In this document: positions 17,364 to 26,652 of the stretch, one piece after another | How the letters are laid out: the number at the start of each line of letters is the position of its first letter | Numbering within the stretch: position 1 is the stretch's first letter | Origin: Promethearchaeota archaeon | GTDB taxonomy: Archaea; Asgardarchaeota; Lokiarchaeia; Sigyniarchaeales; SOKP01 | Length of the DNA: 28,349 bases | Assembly: GCA_048939015.1 (NCBI GenBank) | Contig: JBHLPW010000060.1 | Coordinates: 1 to 28,349, forward strand | Direction of reading: 5' to 3' | Program-made: the position numbers and the translations under genes | Notes under the pieces: generated by a model | The model's input: the letters and a program-made list of their open reading frames with translations, nothing else | What the model was told of the DNA's origin: nothing | Database searches by the model: none

Positions 17364-18497
17364 ATGATCTCCAAAAATGAAGATGATATATATCACAAAC
17401 TTCAGAAATATTTAGATTCTCTTCCTGTAGATTACCCTGAAACAGAATCTGGAGTTGAAATTAGGATCCTAAAACAATTGTTTACTCCTCAAGAAGCTGA
17501 AATTGCCTTAAATCTAAAGATGATTCCTCAGGAACCAAAATCAATGTTCCGACCTTTTAAAAAGAAAGGATGGACGCTCGAGGAATTTTCTGAAGCTCTA
17601 TTAACTATGGCGAAAAAAGGATCAATAAATTGGATTCGGAGAAGACATGGGACAAATTATTACTCTATTGCTTTTTTAATAGCAGGATTTTATGATTATC
17701 AAATAGACATGCTTACAAAAGAACTTGCAGATGATTTTTTCCAATATCTGGAAGAAGGGTTTATAGATGCGATGTTAGAAAATGGAATTTTGCAAATGAG
17801 AACAATACCTATTGAAAAAAGCATTAGTGTAGAATATAATGTCTCTAACTACGATGAGATTAAAAAAATTATAGAAAACGCCAATAAAACGTTATATTTA
17901 AGCCCATGTATTTGTAGACAATCAAGAAAGGTTCAAGGAAAAGGTTGTGACCATCCTATAGAAACCTGTATTTCAATTGGTGTCAATCCAAGAATTTTTC
18001 TAGAACAAGGTCGTGAAATTACAAAGGAAGAAGCACTTGAAGTATTACGCATGACACAAGATAAGGGAATGGTCATAAGTCCTAGTAATGCTCAAAAACC
18101 TTTTATGATTTGCAGCTGTTGTGCATGTTCGTGTTTTGTTCTGGATAATCTTAAAAAATATGCAAATCCCGCTCAATATATCAATTCTAATTTTTTTGTA
18201 GAAATTGATAAAGATTTATGTTCGGGTTGTGCCGAATGCATTACTAATTGTCATATGGAAGCTAATACGATCAATGATGAAGGAATTTGTGAAGTTGATC
18301 TTGGCTACTGCATAGGGTGTGGAGTCTGTGTCCCTTCTTGTCCCGAGAATGCACGAAAATTAGTAAAGAAATCGACAGAAACTATTCCGCCTGAGAATTT
18401 TACAGAGTTGTATCAAGCTATTGCTAAGAGTAAAACTTCTCTGCTAGAAAAAAGAAAAGTTGATAGTAATTATCGTAGAATTAAAAGGATCAAATGA
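17364..18497 (+). CDS. 4Fe-4S dicluster (polyferredoxin-like) protein with N-terminal helical domain
   Basis: CICR...CDHPIETC, ICSCCACSC, CSGCAECITNC, CIGCGVCVPSCP; N-terminal TESGVEIRILKQLFTPQEA. Confidence 0.87.
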   Translation: MISKNEDDIYHKLQKYLDSLPVDYPETESGVEIRILKQLFTPQEAEIALNLKMIPQEPKSMFRPFKKKGWTLEEFSEALLTMAKKGSINWIRRRHGTNYYSIAFLIAGFYDYQIDMLTKELADDFFQYLEEGFIDAMLENGILQMRTIPIEKSISVEYNVSNYDEIKKIIENANKTLYLSPCICRQSRKVQGKGCDHPIETCISIGVNPRIFLEQGREITKEEALEVLRMTQDKGMVISPSNAQKPFMICSCCACSCFVLDNLKKYANPAQYINSNFFVEIDKDLCSGCAECITNCHMEANTINDEGICEVDLGYCIGCGVCVPSCPENARKLVKKSTETIPPENFTELYQAIAKSKTSLLEKRKVDSNYRRIKRIK

Positions 18498-18532
18498 ATA
18501 TTTAGGTTAATAAAAAAAAATTGTTTTGTATT

Positions 18533-18859
18533 TTAGTTTTTATTAAAGGCTTTTATGGTTGGTTTTGCTTCTATAAACTTTGTATATTGTCTTTTAACAT
18601 ATTTTATAAGTTTTAAAAGTAAAATTGTTCCAATTATAGCCATTGCAAATAAAATCAATGTACTGTAAGGTGTAAATGAACAGTGTGCGTAATAACCCAG
18701 ATAGCATGGTTTACTTGCTTCATCTGGTATTAAAGTCATAATTCCTGTTGATAATCCACCTGCTATCAAACCTATGATAAGACTTATATAGATTATAAAT
18801 AAAAATGATTTTATTATCGTTCTTGATACACGCTTTATTGAGTTTTTATTTATTTCCAA
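18533..18859 (-). CDS. Small 2-TM membrane protein with a Cys-x7-Cys loop (SKPCYLGYYAHCSFTP)
   Basis: Two hydrophobic helices; GAGGTGA RBS with GGTGA 6 nt before the TTG start; a diverged duplicate exists at 17027-17177. Confidence 0.82.
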   Translation of the reverse strand: MEINKNSIKRVSRTIIKSFLFIIYISLIIGLIAGGLSTGIMTLIPDEASKPCYLGYYAHCSFTPYSTLILFAMAIIGTILLLKLIKYVKRQYTKFIEAKPTIKAFNKN

Positions 18860-19141
18860 AAATTTTCACCTCAATTATTTTTGAGTTAATTTATAGGTCT
18901 TCATTCTACTCATATATTTCCATGTATACTGAAAATTGAACAAATTAACAATAATAAGGTAAAGGAAAATTAGAATTTTCAATTAAAATGCAAAAAAATT
19001 ATAGATTTGATAGATAATTTATCAACCAACTTGTTGAAAAACTAACTAAATCTGATATTGAAATGAGTTAATTCATCTACTCTCATTTAAACTTAGAATT
19101 ATATTTAGCTGCTTTCTATAAATAAATTAAAAATATTTGAG

Positions 19142-19339
19142 GTGATACTTATTAGTTTTAATTGTCCATGCCCTAAAACAGGATGTTCGAATCATGGTAA
19201 TTGTGAGGAATGTAAAAAATATCATTCAGCTTCAAATGGTTTGCCTTTTTGTCAACGTGAACATGGATTTTTTACGAAAGTCTTTTATCGAAAAAGTTAT
19301 GAAATGCTCCAAACATTAAAAAGAGAGGGGAAAATATGA
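19142..19339 (+). CDS. Small Cys/His-rich putative metal-binding protein (DUF6485-like pattern)
   Basis: CPCPKTGCSNHGNCEECKKYH...LPFC; ATGA overlap with the flavodoxin gene; GAGGTGAT RBS at its 5' end. Confidence 0.75.
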   Translation: MILISFNCPCPKTGCSNHGNCEECKKYHSASNGLPFCQREHGFFTKVFYRKSYEMLQTLKREGKI

Positions 19340-19830
19340 AAAAAGCAATAATTCTATATGATACTGTATTCGGGAATACAAAGAAAGTAGCAATGTCATT
19401 AAGCCGAGGTTTAGAAGCGGGAGGCCTTTATGTAGATAGTAGTTCTATAGAAGATTTTAATATAATAGATTTGAATAACTATGATATTATAGCAATAGGA
19501 GGTCCTACTCACTATCATGGAGCTTCAAAAAAGATGAAATCATTTTTAAGTAAAATTAAACATCTCAAAATGGATAATAAATTTGGGTTTGCTTTTGAAA
19601 CAAAAGGAGAATTTCGATTAGCTGGATCTGCTGCTAAGAGGATTACAAGATATTTAAATAAAATTAAAATTAAGATAATTCATCATATAGTTACAGGGAC
19701 AGTGCTTAATCAAAAAGGTCCATTAAAAGACAGAACTCTAGATTTGATGGAACAGATTGGATTAGATATTTCAGATAGAATAAATAATATCAATTCTGAA
19801 TCAGAACTTAAAAGAGGGATAAAAAGTTGA
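19336..19830 (+). CDS. Flavodoxin-family protein
   Basis: ILYDTVFGNTKKVA phosphate-binding loop, DIIAIGGPTH, AFET...GSAA. Confidence 0.9.
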   Translation: MKKAIILYDTVFGNTKKVAMSLSRGLEAGGLYVDSSSIEDFNIIDLNNYDIIAIGGPTHYHGASKKMKSFLSKIKHLKMDNKFGFAFETKGEFRLAGSAAKRITRYLNKIKIKIIHHIVTGTVLNQKGPLKDRTLDLMEQIGLDISDRINNINSESELKRGIKS

Positions 19831-20168
19831 ACAATTCTAGAGTTAAGATTTATTTAAATCAATTGAAATGGATTCTTTTAGGAGGAGGTCCTATTTTTTT
19901 CCTTGTACGAGCAATATTTCTTGCAAGCACTGGAGGGGATACTTTTAGTACAATAAATCCCATTTTTTCTTGGACTCTCCTCTTTTCAGAAATATGCTTA
20001 TCAGGAATTGCTGGATTTACAGGAATTATAGGAGTAATATCATGGAAAAGAGATACAAATAAAATAAAATTACTATACATAAATATTTTGAAGAAGACAG
20101 TCTTGTTTGTTGGTATAAGTACATATATTATACATTTTATAAGAGTCGCGATTTGGTTAAGTTTATGA
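19827..20168 (+). CDS. Small 3-TM hypothetical membrane protein
   Basis: TTGA overlap with the flavodoxin stop (translational coupling); three hydrophobic segments. Confidence 0.7.
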   Translation: MNNSRVKIYLNQLKWILLGGGPIFFLVRAIFLASTGGDTFSTINPIFSWTLLFSEICLSGIAGFTGIIGVISWKRDTNKIKLLYINILKKTVLFVGISTYIIHFIRVAIWLSL

Positions 20169-20209
20169 GTGAAAGAGGAGTTTCTCACAAAAATCTTATT
20201 AACCTTTTT

Positions 20210-21133
20210 TTATTTATACAATAGTTTTTCTTTCCAAGTGTCAAAGTAATATACTTTGTACATGATATCGAAAATTATTGAATCAATATTTTCCTTTTTT
20301 ATATTCTCAACTAATTCTGTAAGTTCCTTAGTATTATTCACCCATACCCAACATAGAATTATATTTGGGAGATTGCTAAAAGTCCAACAATAAAAGAGAT
20401 TTGGATGGTATTTTTCATTTAATAGTTTAGCAACTTCATTTTTATCAACTGAAGGTTTTACAGTTATTTGAAATGTAGCAAAAATATCATTCGAAGCTTC
20501 AGGATTAAAATTAATGGATAAATCAATGATACCTTCATCATTCAATCGGGTTAAACGTCGTCGAATAGTATTTGGAGTGCTTTTGACTTCATCTGCTATT
20601 TCTGATATGGGTTTTCTTGAATCATTATGTAGTGATCGTATAATTTCTAAATCAAGTTTATCATAAGTCATTGATCTTGACTTTGGTACAATATATGGGA
20701 TTGGTGCGGTATAGTGGACTCCTGAAAGTAATCCTATTTTTGGAGATTGAATCTTAAGAGTTTGAGATACATAAGAAGAGTACTCATCTAATTGATGAAT
20801 ATTCTCTAACATAGCTCCAATATATGCATAATTTCTACTTGATAATACAATCTGCCAGGTAATATCATGCTTTCCTAATTCTATTATTGCTTTATCCATA
20901 TCTTGAGCATTACATTGACCAAAAATAAATGTATATATAGCATTTATGGCGTATGGTTTCAACTTTGCAGTAAATTTTTCTATAGTTCTTATATCTATAA
21001 GAATTTGAATTCTTTTATATACAGCATTGACAGATAACCCTAAATGGTCTGCTATTTCTCGATAAGTTAATCGTGAATTATTCATTAAAAGCAGAATAAT
21101 TTTGAGATCGACTTCATCCATATTATAATACAA
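20210..21133 (-). CDS. Lrp/AsnC-family transcriptional regulator with two tandem wHTH modules
   Basis: DEVDLKIILLLMNNSRLTYREIADHLGLSVNAVYKRI and DKLDLEIIRSLHNDSRKPISEIADEVKSTPNTIRRRL. Confidence 0.9.
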   Translation of the reverse strand: MYYNMDEVDLKIILLLMNNSRLTYREIADHLGLSVNAVYKRIQILIDIRTIEKFTAKLKPYAINAIYTFIFGQCNAQDMDKAIIELGKHDITWQIVLSSRNYAYIGAMLENIHQLDEYSSYVSQTLKIQSPKIGLLSGVHYTAPIPYIVPKSRSMTYDKLDLEIIRSLHNDSRKPISEIADEVKSTPNTIRRRLTRLNDEGIIDLSINFNPEASNDIFATFQITVKPSVDKNEVAKLLNEKYHPNLFYCWTFSNLPNIILCWVWVNNTKELTELVENIKKENIDSIIFDIMYKVYYFDTWKEKLLYK

Positions 21134-21269
21134 TTAAATTTCGATTAAATTTATTTAGTAGATATAGCAATTTAAGTGTTAATCTCCACACTATAAAACA
21201 AAAATTAAATAGCTATTAAAAATTTGGAAATTAAATCAGACATAGAATTATTTTAAGGAAGCTTGTAAT

Positions 21270-22112
21270 ATGGTTGTAAATAAAGCATGGTTCGTCAATA
21301 AAATTAATGAATTCCTCGGAAATGATGTAAGCAATAAAATGAGTAAGGTTGATGGCTCATTTATATTTGAACCGAATGTAATCGTTGGTATTGCTGATGG
21401 AAACGATGCTATTTATACTAAATATAAAGATATTATTGGTGAATTTCATCTTACTCCTTCTGAGGCTTATAAGTGGTATTGTGAAAAAGAAAATATAGAA
21501 TTTGACAATAAACATCTAAGTGTAGTCGCTTATATTCTACCTATCAATCAAAAGACTAAGCTAGAGAATTTTGGATATTCGAAAAAGATGCCTTCTAAAA
21601 GATGGGCTCATACAAGGCTTTTTGGGGAACAAGTAAATATGAACATCCAGAGTTTTTTAATAGAGGAATTGAAAAAAATAGGAATTCATGCATTTGCCCC
21701 TACTCTTGATAAGAAATTATTTAGAATTAACAGGAAAATATGGGCATCAAACTGGTCTCACAGACATAATTGTTATGCAGCAGGTTTGGGCTCGTTTGGA
21801 TTATCCGACGGATTTATCAACCCACGAGGAAAAGCAATGAGATGTGGTAGTCTGATTGTTGATATAAAGCTCTCTTCTGATGCTCCAAATCGACCTTCTG
21901 ATCCTTATGAGTTCTGTATTAAATGTGGAGATTGTATTTCAAGATGTCCTGTAAATGCTATATCCTTCGAAAATGGGCATAATAAAATGATTTGTGCCCC
22001 ACACGTAACAAGCACAATTCCATTTATAAATCAGACTTATGGAATCAACATATATGCCTGTGGATTATGTCAAGTTGGTGTTGCTTGCTCGAATGGTATT
22101 CCAAACAAATAA
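21270..22112 (+). CDS. QueG/reductive-dehalogenase superfamily protein (putative cobalamin, 2x[4Fe-4S])
   Basis: WSHRHNCYAAGLGSFG cobalamin-proximal motif; CIKCGDCISRCP and C...CGLCQVGVAC clusters. Confidence 0.8.
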   Translation: MVVNKAWFVNKINEFLGNDVSNKMSKVDGSFIFEPNVIVGIADGNDAIYTKYKDIIGEFHLTPSEAYKWYCEKENIEFDNKHLSVVAYILPINQKTKLENFGYSKKMPSKRWAHTRLFGEQVNMNIQSFLIEELKKIGIHAFAPTLDKKLFRINRKIWASNWSHRHNCYAAGLGSFGLSDGFINPRGKAMRCGSLIVDIKLSSDAPNRPSDPYEFCIKCGDCISRCPVNAISFENGHNKMICAPHVTSTIPFINQTYGINIYACGLCQVGVACSNGIPNK

Positions 22113-22231
22113 TTGAATTAAAGAATAATTAGTTTTTGATGTTTAAGTGATTTACATCCCAAAAATTTTCATTTTAGTTTTAAATTTTACTAGAGGGTAA
22201 TAAAGATCTCCAAGTTTCTTTTTTAATTTAA

Positions 22232-22492
22232 TTAATGATCTTTTTGTATTGTTCTACTTTTCCTTAGCCTTACTTTCTTGAAGTCCCATTTAAATAATAT
22301 ATTGTAGACTAATGCAAATAGTCCTAAAAACAAAATAAATGAAAAAAATCCCCAAATTTCACCTGATGGTAATAGGTCCCATACTGGATATGTTATACTA
22401 AAAATGATTATCAGAATTATATATACAAGATGCCCTTCATAATGCCAAAATTCTTCTCTTTCAACTTTATGTTCCTTTTTATTATTAGCCAA
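22232..22492 (-). CDS. Small 2-TM hypothetical membrane protein
   Basis: GGTGA RBS 6 nt before the TTG start; two hydrophobic helices with charged termini. Confidence 0.7.
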   Translation of the reverse strand: MANNKKEHKVEREEFWHYEGHLVYIILIIIFSITYPVWDLLPSGEIWGFFSFILFLGLFALVYNILFKWDFKKVRLRKSRTIQKDH

Positions 22493-22740
22493 GAATTATC
22501 ACCAATTAATTCATTAGTATCTCAGATATATAAATCTTATCCAAGATTAATTAGTCCTCTTGAATATTGTTAAACTTTTGTAATTTCATTATTGAAGCAA
22601 AATTGAGCAGAAAGTATTCCCATTTTTATTCCTATTGAAAATTTATAGAACTTGTAACGATTCCAATTATTCACGTTTAACAAATCAAGTAAATAGTAAT
22701 AAAGAAAAAGTAAAATATTTTCAGCAATTATTATTAAACT

Positions 22741-24471
22741 ATGAAAATTGTAAGAATAAATGTAGAGAATGAAAATATTCGATTTGATGAAATAACTCTA
22801 GATTCAAAATATTTCCTACTTGGAGCAAGGGGTCTCAGTTCTCAGATTGTTCACGATGAGGTTCCTCCCTTATGTGATCCTTTAGGAAAAGAAAACAAAT
22901 TAATTCTTGCTAATGGTGTTCTAGCAGGTAGTCCCTTTCCCTGTTCTGCTCGTACTTCAGTGGGAGCAAAAAGTCCCTTGACCAATGGGATTAAAGAAGC
23001 CAATGTTGGTGGAAGACCTGCCATGATGCTAGCAAGACATGGCATAAGAGCACTTGTCTTAGAAGAAAAAGCCTCAACTCTAAAATATATCTTAATTGAT
23101 GAAGAAGGGATTAAAATTCTACCTGCAAATGAATATAAGGGTCTAGGGAATTATGAACTTCATTCCAAATTAAAAGAAAAATATGGAGAAAAAATTGGTA
23201 TTTACTCTATTGGACCAGCAGGTGAATATCTGATGAAATCTGCAACTATTGGAGCAAATGATTTGGAAGGATACCCCAGTAGACATGCTGCGAGAGGTGG
23301 TATAGGGGCGGTAATGGGTTCTAAAAAAGTTAAAGCAATAGTGACCACACCCCCAAAAACTTCCAAAGTAGAAATGTATGATATTAAAAGATTCAGAGAA
23401 GTTTCGACTCCTTTTTCAAAAGAATTAGCGAAAACTAAGGAGAGATTTTCAATATTCGGCACACCTATGATGATGGCAGCTATGAGTGGATATGGAGGTA
23501 TTCCAACTATGAACTTTCGTAGGGGATCATATGATAAAATTGAAAATATATCCGGAGAAAAACTCCATGAACTTGTAACTACGAGAGGAGGCAAAAAGAG
23601 ACTAGCTTGTTCTCCCACATGTGTAATAAAATGTTCAAACTTAGTTGTTAATGAGCAAGGGGATCATATAACATCAAGTTTAGAATATGAAACTATGGCT
23701 TTAAATGGCAGTAACTTGATGATTGATGATTTAGATAGTTTAGCTAAAATTGATCATTTATGCGATGATTTGGGTATTGATACAATCGAGTTTGGTGGAA
23801 CTATGGGTGTAGCTATGGATTGCGGTAAAATTGAATGGGGAAATGCTGTAAAAACCTTCGATATTTTAGACAATCAAATTCGAAATAATACAGAAGAAGG
23901 ACGTTTATATGGCAATGGCGTTAAAATAATTGGAGAGAAGCTTAATGCAAAACGAATTCCTCAAGTTAAAGGACAAGGAATTTCGGCTTATGATAGTAGA
24001 GTTTTTAAAGCGATGGGAGCTACTTATGCTACATCACCAATGGGAGCAGATCATACTGCGGGAGCAGCAATCGCCAACCGAGTCCCAAGTTTGCATAAAG
24101 ATTATGGAGAATTAACAAAAAATGAAAATAAACTCGATTTATCATTTGAACTACAAATTTACACAGCAATAATGGATTCAATGGGATGTTGTTATTTTAT
24201 TGGACCAAGCTACGAAAACATGGAAATATTGGCAAATGCAATTAATGCTATGTATAATTTGTCTCTTACAAGAGACGATGTAATTAAAATTGGTATTGAC
24301 ATCATAAGAACTGAACTCGCATTTAATGAAAGAGCAGGTATTACTCCAGAAATGAATGATCTTCCAAAATTTTTCAGAGAAGAAGCGTCAGATCCAATTA
24401 ATTTGAAATTTACTTTCGAAGTAGATGAATTAAAATCTTTTTGGAACAGATTGAACAAACATACGTTTTAA
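22741..24471 (+). CDS. aor: Tungsten-pterin aldehyde:ferredoxin oxidoreductase family protein
   Basis: KSPLTNGIKEANVGG, IGPAGE, RHAARGGIGAVMGSK, CSPTCVIKC, EYET, DDLGIDT, GADH, DSMGCC. Confidence 0.92.
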   Translation: MKIVRINVENENIRFDEITLDSKYFLLGARGLSSQIVHDEVPPLCDPLGKENKLILANGVLAGSPFPCSARTSVGAKSPLTNGIKEANVGGRPAMMLARHGIRALVLEEKASTLKYILIDEEGIKILPANEYKGLGNYELHSKLKEKYGEKIGIYSIGPAGEYLMKSATIGANDLEGYPSRHAARGGIGAVMGSKKVKAIVTTPPKTSKVEMYDIKRFREVSTPFSKELAKTKERFSIFGTPMMMAAMSGYGGIPTMNFRRGSYDKIENISGEKLHELVTTRGGKKRLACSPTCVIKCSNLVVNEQGDHITSSLEYETMALNGSNLMIDDLDSLAKIDHLCDDLGIDTIEFGGTMGVAMDCGKIEWGNAVKTFDILDNQIRNNTEEGRLYGNGVKIIGEKLNAKRIPQVKGQGISAYDSRVFKAMGATYATSPMGADHTAGAAIANRVPSLHKDYGELTKNENKLDLSFELQIYTAIMDSMGCCYFIGPSYENMEILANAINAMYNLSLTRDDVIKIGIDIIRTELAFNERAGITPEMNDLPKFFREEASDPINLKFTFEVDELKSFWNRLNKHTF

Positions 24472-24474
24472 AAA

Positions 24475-26454
24475 TTAAAGATTTTTTAATTTTTCTTGTT
24501 CTTTTTTCTTCTTTTTTTCTAATTTTTTCTTTTCCTTTTCTAATTTTTTTCTTCTTTTTACTTCTTGCTTTGCTTCCTTTTCTTTTTGTTTTCTTTCTTG
24601 TTTTAATCTTTCAAGCTCTTGTTTTTCTTTTTCAATGGCCTCTAATTCTTTTCTTTCTTTTTCTATTCGTTCTCGTTCTAATCTGATTTCCTCTTGTTTT
24701 TCTCTTTCTATTTTTTCTATCCTTGCTTTTTCTAGTTGTTCCTGTCTCAATCTCTCTTTTTCTTTTCGAACTCTTTCTTGTCGCTCTCTTTCTTGCCTTA
24801 TCTTTTCTTGTCTTTCTCTTTCTTCTCTCTCTCTCTCCAATTTTTCTTTTCTTTCTTTCTCTAAACGAGCTTTTTCTATTCTTTCTTTTTCCTTTCGTTC
24901 TTCTTCCTCAATTTCAAATATCCATTCATTAACCTTTTGAAGTAATTCTTGTTTTTCTTTTAAAGGTAATCCAAAATTTGGTTCCTTTTTCGTATAGATA
25001 TTAGCATACTTACTCATTTCCCAAATTTTTGTTTGCTCAGTTGTAGTTGCACTTACTCCTATTTGTCTCATACTTTCCCTAGCGATTTCAAATGCTTGTC
25101 CAATAGATCTCATTTCATAATCACCATCTATAACATTTCTTAAATATATAAAAATTTCTTTAAAACTAGGATTAGGAGGATTAGGTAAGGGTTTAAATTC
25201 TACTTTTTTTGATTTTAATGTTTCTAACTCAAATTTTTCTTGTTTTTCATCTGATATTTTTGTAGTGGTAAGACTAGGTTTCTCGACATCATTTTCAATA
25301 AGGTATTTGGGGTATTGTTTGATTTTAGTTAATTCTGGAGGTTCCTTCTTTCCTTTTCTTATAAATTGGACTGGCCAACTAACAAATGCATACAATCGGT
25401 CTTCTGCAGAGGTAAATATTGTTCCTTTAGATGACTTTTTATTCATTGATTCTATTTTATTCGAAGAAATTTGTGGAATATTAGAATTAAGTGTTATTGA
25501 TGCCTTTTCTAAAATAGAAAACAGATACATTGGATCAAATTCAAGATTAGAATAAGTATTTTTCAAATAATCAATATTACCATCTATAATACTTATATTT
25601 ACGTTAGATATTGTTTCGTGTAATAGCTGATCTACTCCGAAAATAATCCCATTTATTCCTGCTGTTGAATTTAGGTAAGCATTATCTGTATTTCCCTTCA
25701 TCTTTTCAGAAATTAAAATCTGATTATAATTATCCCAATGAGTACTTAATAACATATGACCTTCTTTAGCAATTTGATATGAGTCATCTTGGCGGATTTT
25801 TTCCATCATCTCTAAAAAAATGTCTTTATTTGGAATGAAAACATTTCTCATTAATGCTCCCTTTATGAAAGATAAATGTTCTTCCGATTTATAAGACAAA
25901 TTAACGGGGACTTTAATCACTTTTTCTGCTATAATAACTTCTCTATCCTCTTCTAGAGTTATATCTCCAGAGGTAGCCATATGGTCATAAACAAAGTCAG
26001 GAAGCACTAATCCTGTTAAGATTCTATTGTCGGTAATATATTTACCAGATTCTAATTCAAATTTTAGATAATAGTAACCTAAACCAAAGAGGAAATAAAG
26101 TGTTCCTTGTGGAGTTTCAATTGAATAATCATAGCCAGTTAGAAAGATAACTGGATCTGAGACTATTTTTATGACTGGATGATGAACATAAGTTCCTAAT
26201 GTTGGATAACCTAATAGATCACTCCAACTAGGGATCATAAAAAGAGAATCATGGGGATATAGTTTATTCTCATTTCTTTGCTTTTCCATTCGTTCCTTTT
26301 CAAGTCGTTCTTTCTCAAGCCGTTCTTTTTCAAGCCGTTCCTTTTCAAGCCGTTCCGTTTCAAGTCTTTCTTTCTCAAGCCGTTCCTTTTCAAGTTGTTC
26401 TTTCTCTTGCCTTTCTTTTTCTAATTGGTCCGCATTCGTTTTTTCCATTCCCAT
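24475..26454 (-). CDS. Hypothetical protein: N-terminal (LEKER)n repeats, globular core, Pro-rich linker, helical domain, long E/R/K-rich C-terminal helix
   Basis: 659-aa ORF with extreme charged composition at both ends; no recognised family for the core. Confidence 0.85.
   Translation of the reverse strand: MGMEKTNADQLEKERQEKEQLEKERLEKERLETERLEKERLEKERLEKERLEKERMEKQRNENKLYPHDSLFMIPSWSDLLGYPTLGTYVHHPVIKIVSDPVIFLTGYDYSIETPQGTLYFLFGLGYYYLKFELESGKYITDNRILTGLVLPDFVYDHMATSGDITLEEDREVIIAEKVIKVPVNLSYKSEEHLSFIKGALMRNVFIPNKDIFLEMMEKIRQDDSYQIAKEGHMLLSTHWDNYNQILISEKMKGNTDNAYLNSTAGINGIIFGVDQLLHETISNVNISIIDGNIDYLKNTYSNLEFDPMYLFSILEKASITLNSNIPQISSNKIESMNKKSSKGTIFTSAEDRLYAFVSWPVQFIRKGKKEPPELTKIKQYPKYLIENDVEKPSLTTTKISDEKQEKFELETLKSKKVEFKPLPNPPNPSFKEIFIYLRNVIDGDYEMRSIGQAFEIARESMRQIGVSATTTEQTKIWEMSKYANIYTKKEPNFGLPLKEKQELLQKVNEWIFEIEEEERKEKERIEKARLEKERKEKLEREREERERQEKIRQERERQERVRKEKERLRQEQLEKARIEKIEREKQEEIRLERERIEKERKELEAIEKEKQELERLKQERKQKEKEAKQEVKRRKKLEKEKKKLEKKKKKEQEKLKNL
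26291..26395 (-). repeat. 15-bp coding minisatellite, about 7 copies, encoding LEKER
   Basis: Plus-strand units cgttccttttcaagt, cgttctttctcaagc, cgttctttttcaagc, cgttccttttcaagc, cgttccgtttcaagt, ctttctttctcaagc, cgttccttttcaagt. Confidence 0.9.
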
Positions 26455-26518
26455 AATCTAAACACTAAATATAGTTTTGTATTTTTAAATAACAAATATT
26501 TTTTACATAAGCTATCCA

Positions 26519-26560
26519 CTTGCTAATAACTTATATTTTTTTCCATAAAAGTTATGCAAG
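26519..26560. promoter_or_regulatory. Imperfect inverted repeat in a divergent intergenic region
   Basis: CTTGC-ta-ATAACTT ... AAGTTAT-GCAAG, between the 659-aa gene and nfo. Confidence 0.35.
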
Positions 26561-26652
26561 CAAATAAGTTGAGACTACATAATAATAAAAGAGTAATAAA
26601 AAAGAAAATAAAGTATATGAGATATAATAATCAAAAAGCACTATTTAATTAG

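Noticed and set aside
17364-19830. Selenocysteine read-through of TGA stops in Cys-rich redox genes
   Set aside because: The TGA codons fall at natural C-termini or gene overlaps, not at Cys-motif positions, and no SECIS-like hairpin was recognised.
22232-22492. Possible RdhB membrane anchor for the QueG/RdhA-like gene
   Set aside because: Convergent orientation, only two TMs, and the partner lacks a Tat signal.
26291-26395. Short repeat array as a CRISPR candidate
   Set aside because: Contiguous 15-bp in-frame coding units with no spacers and no cas genes.
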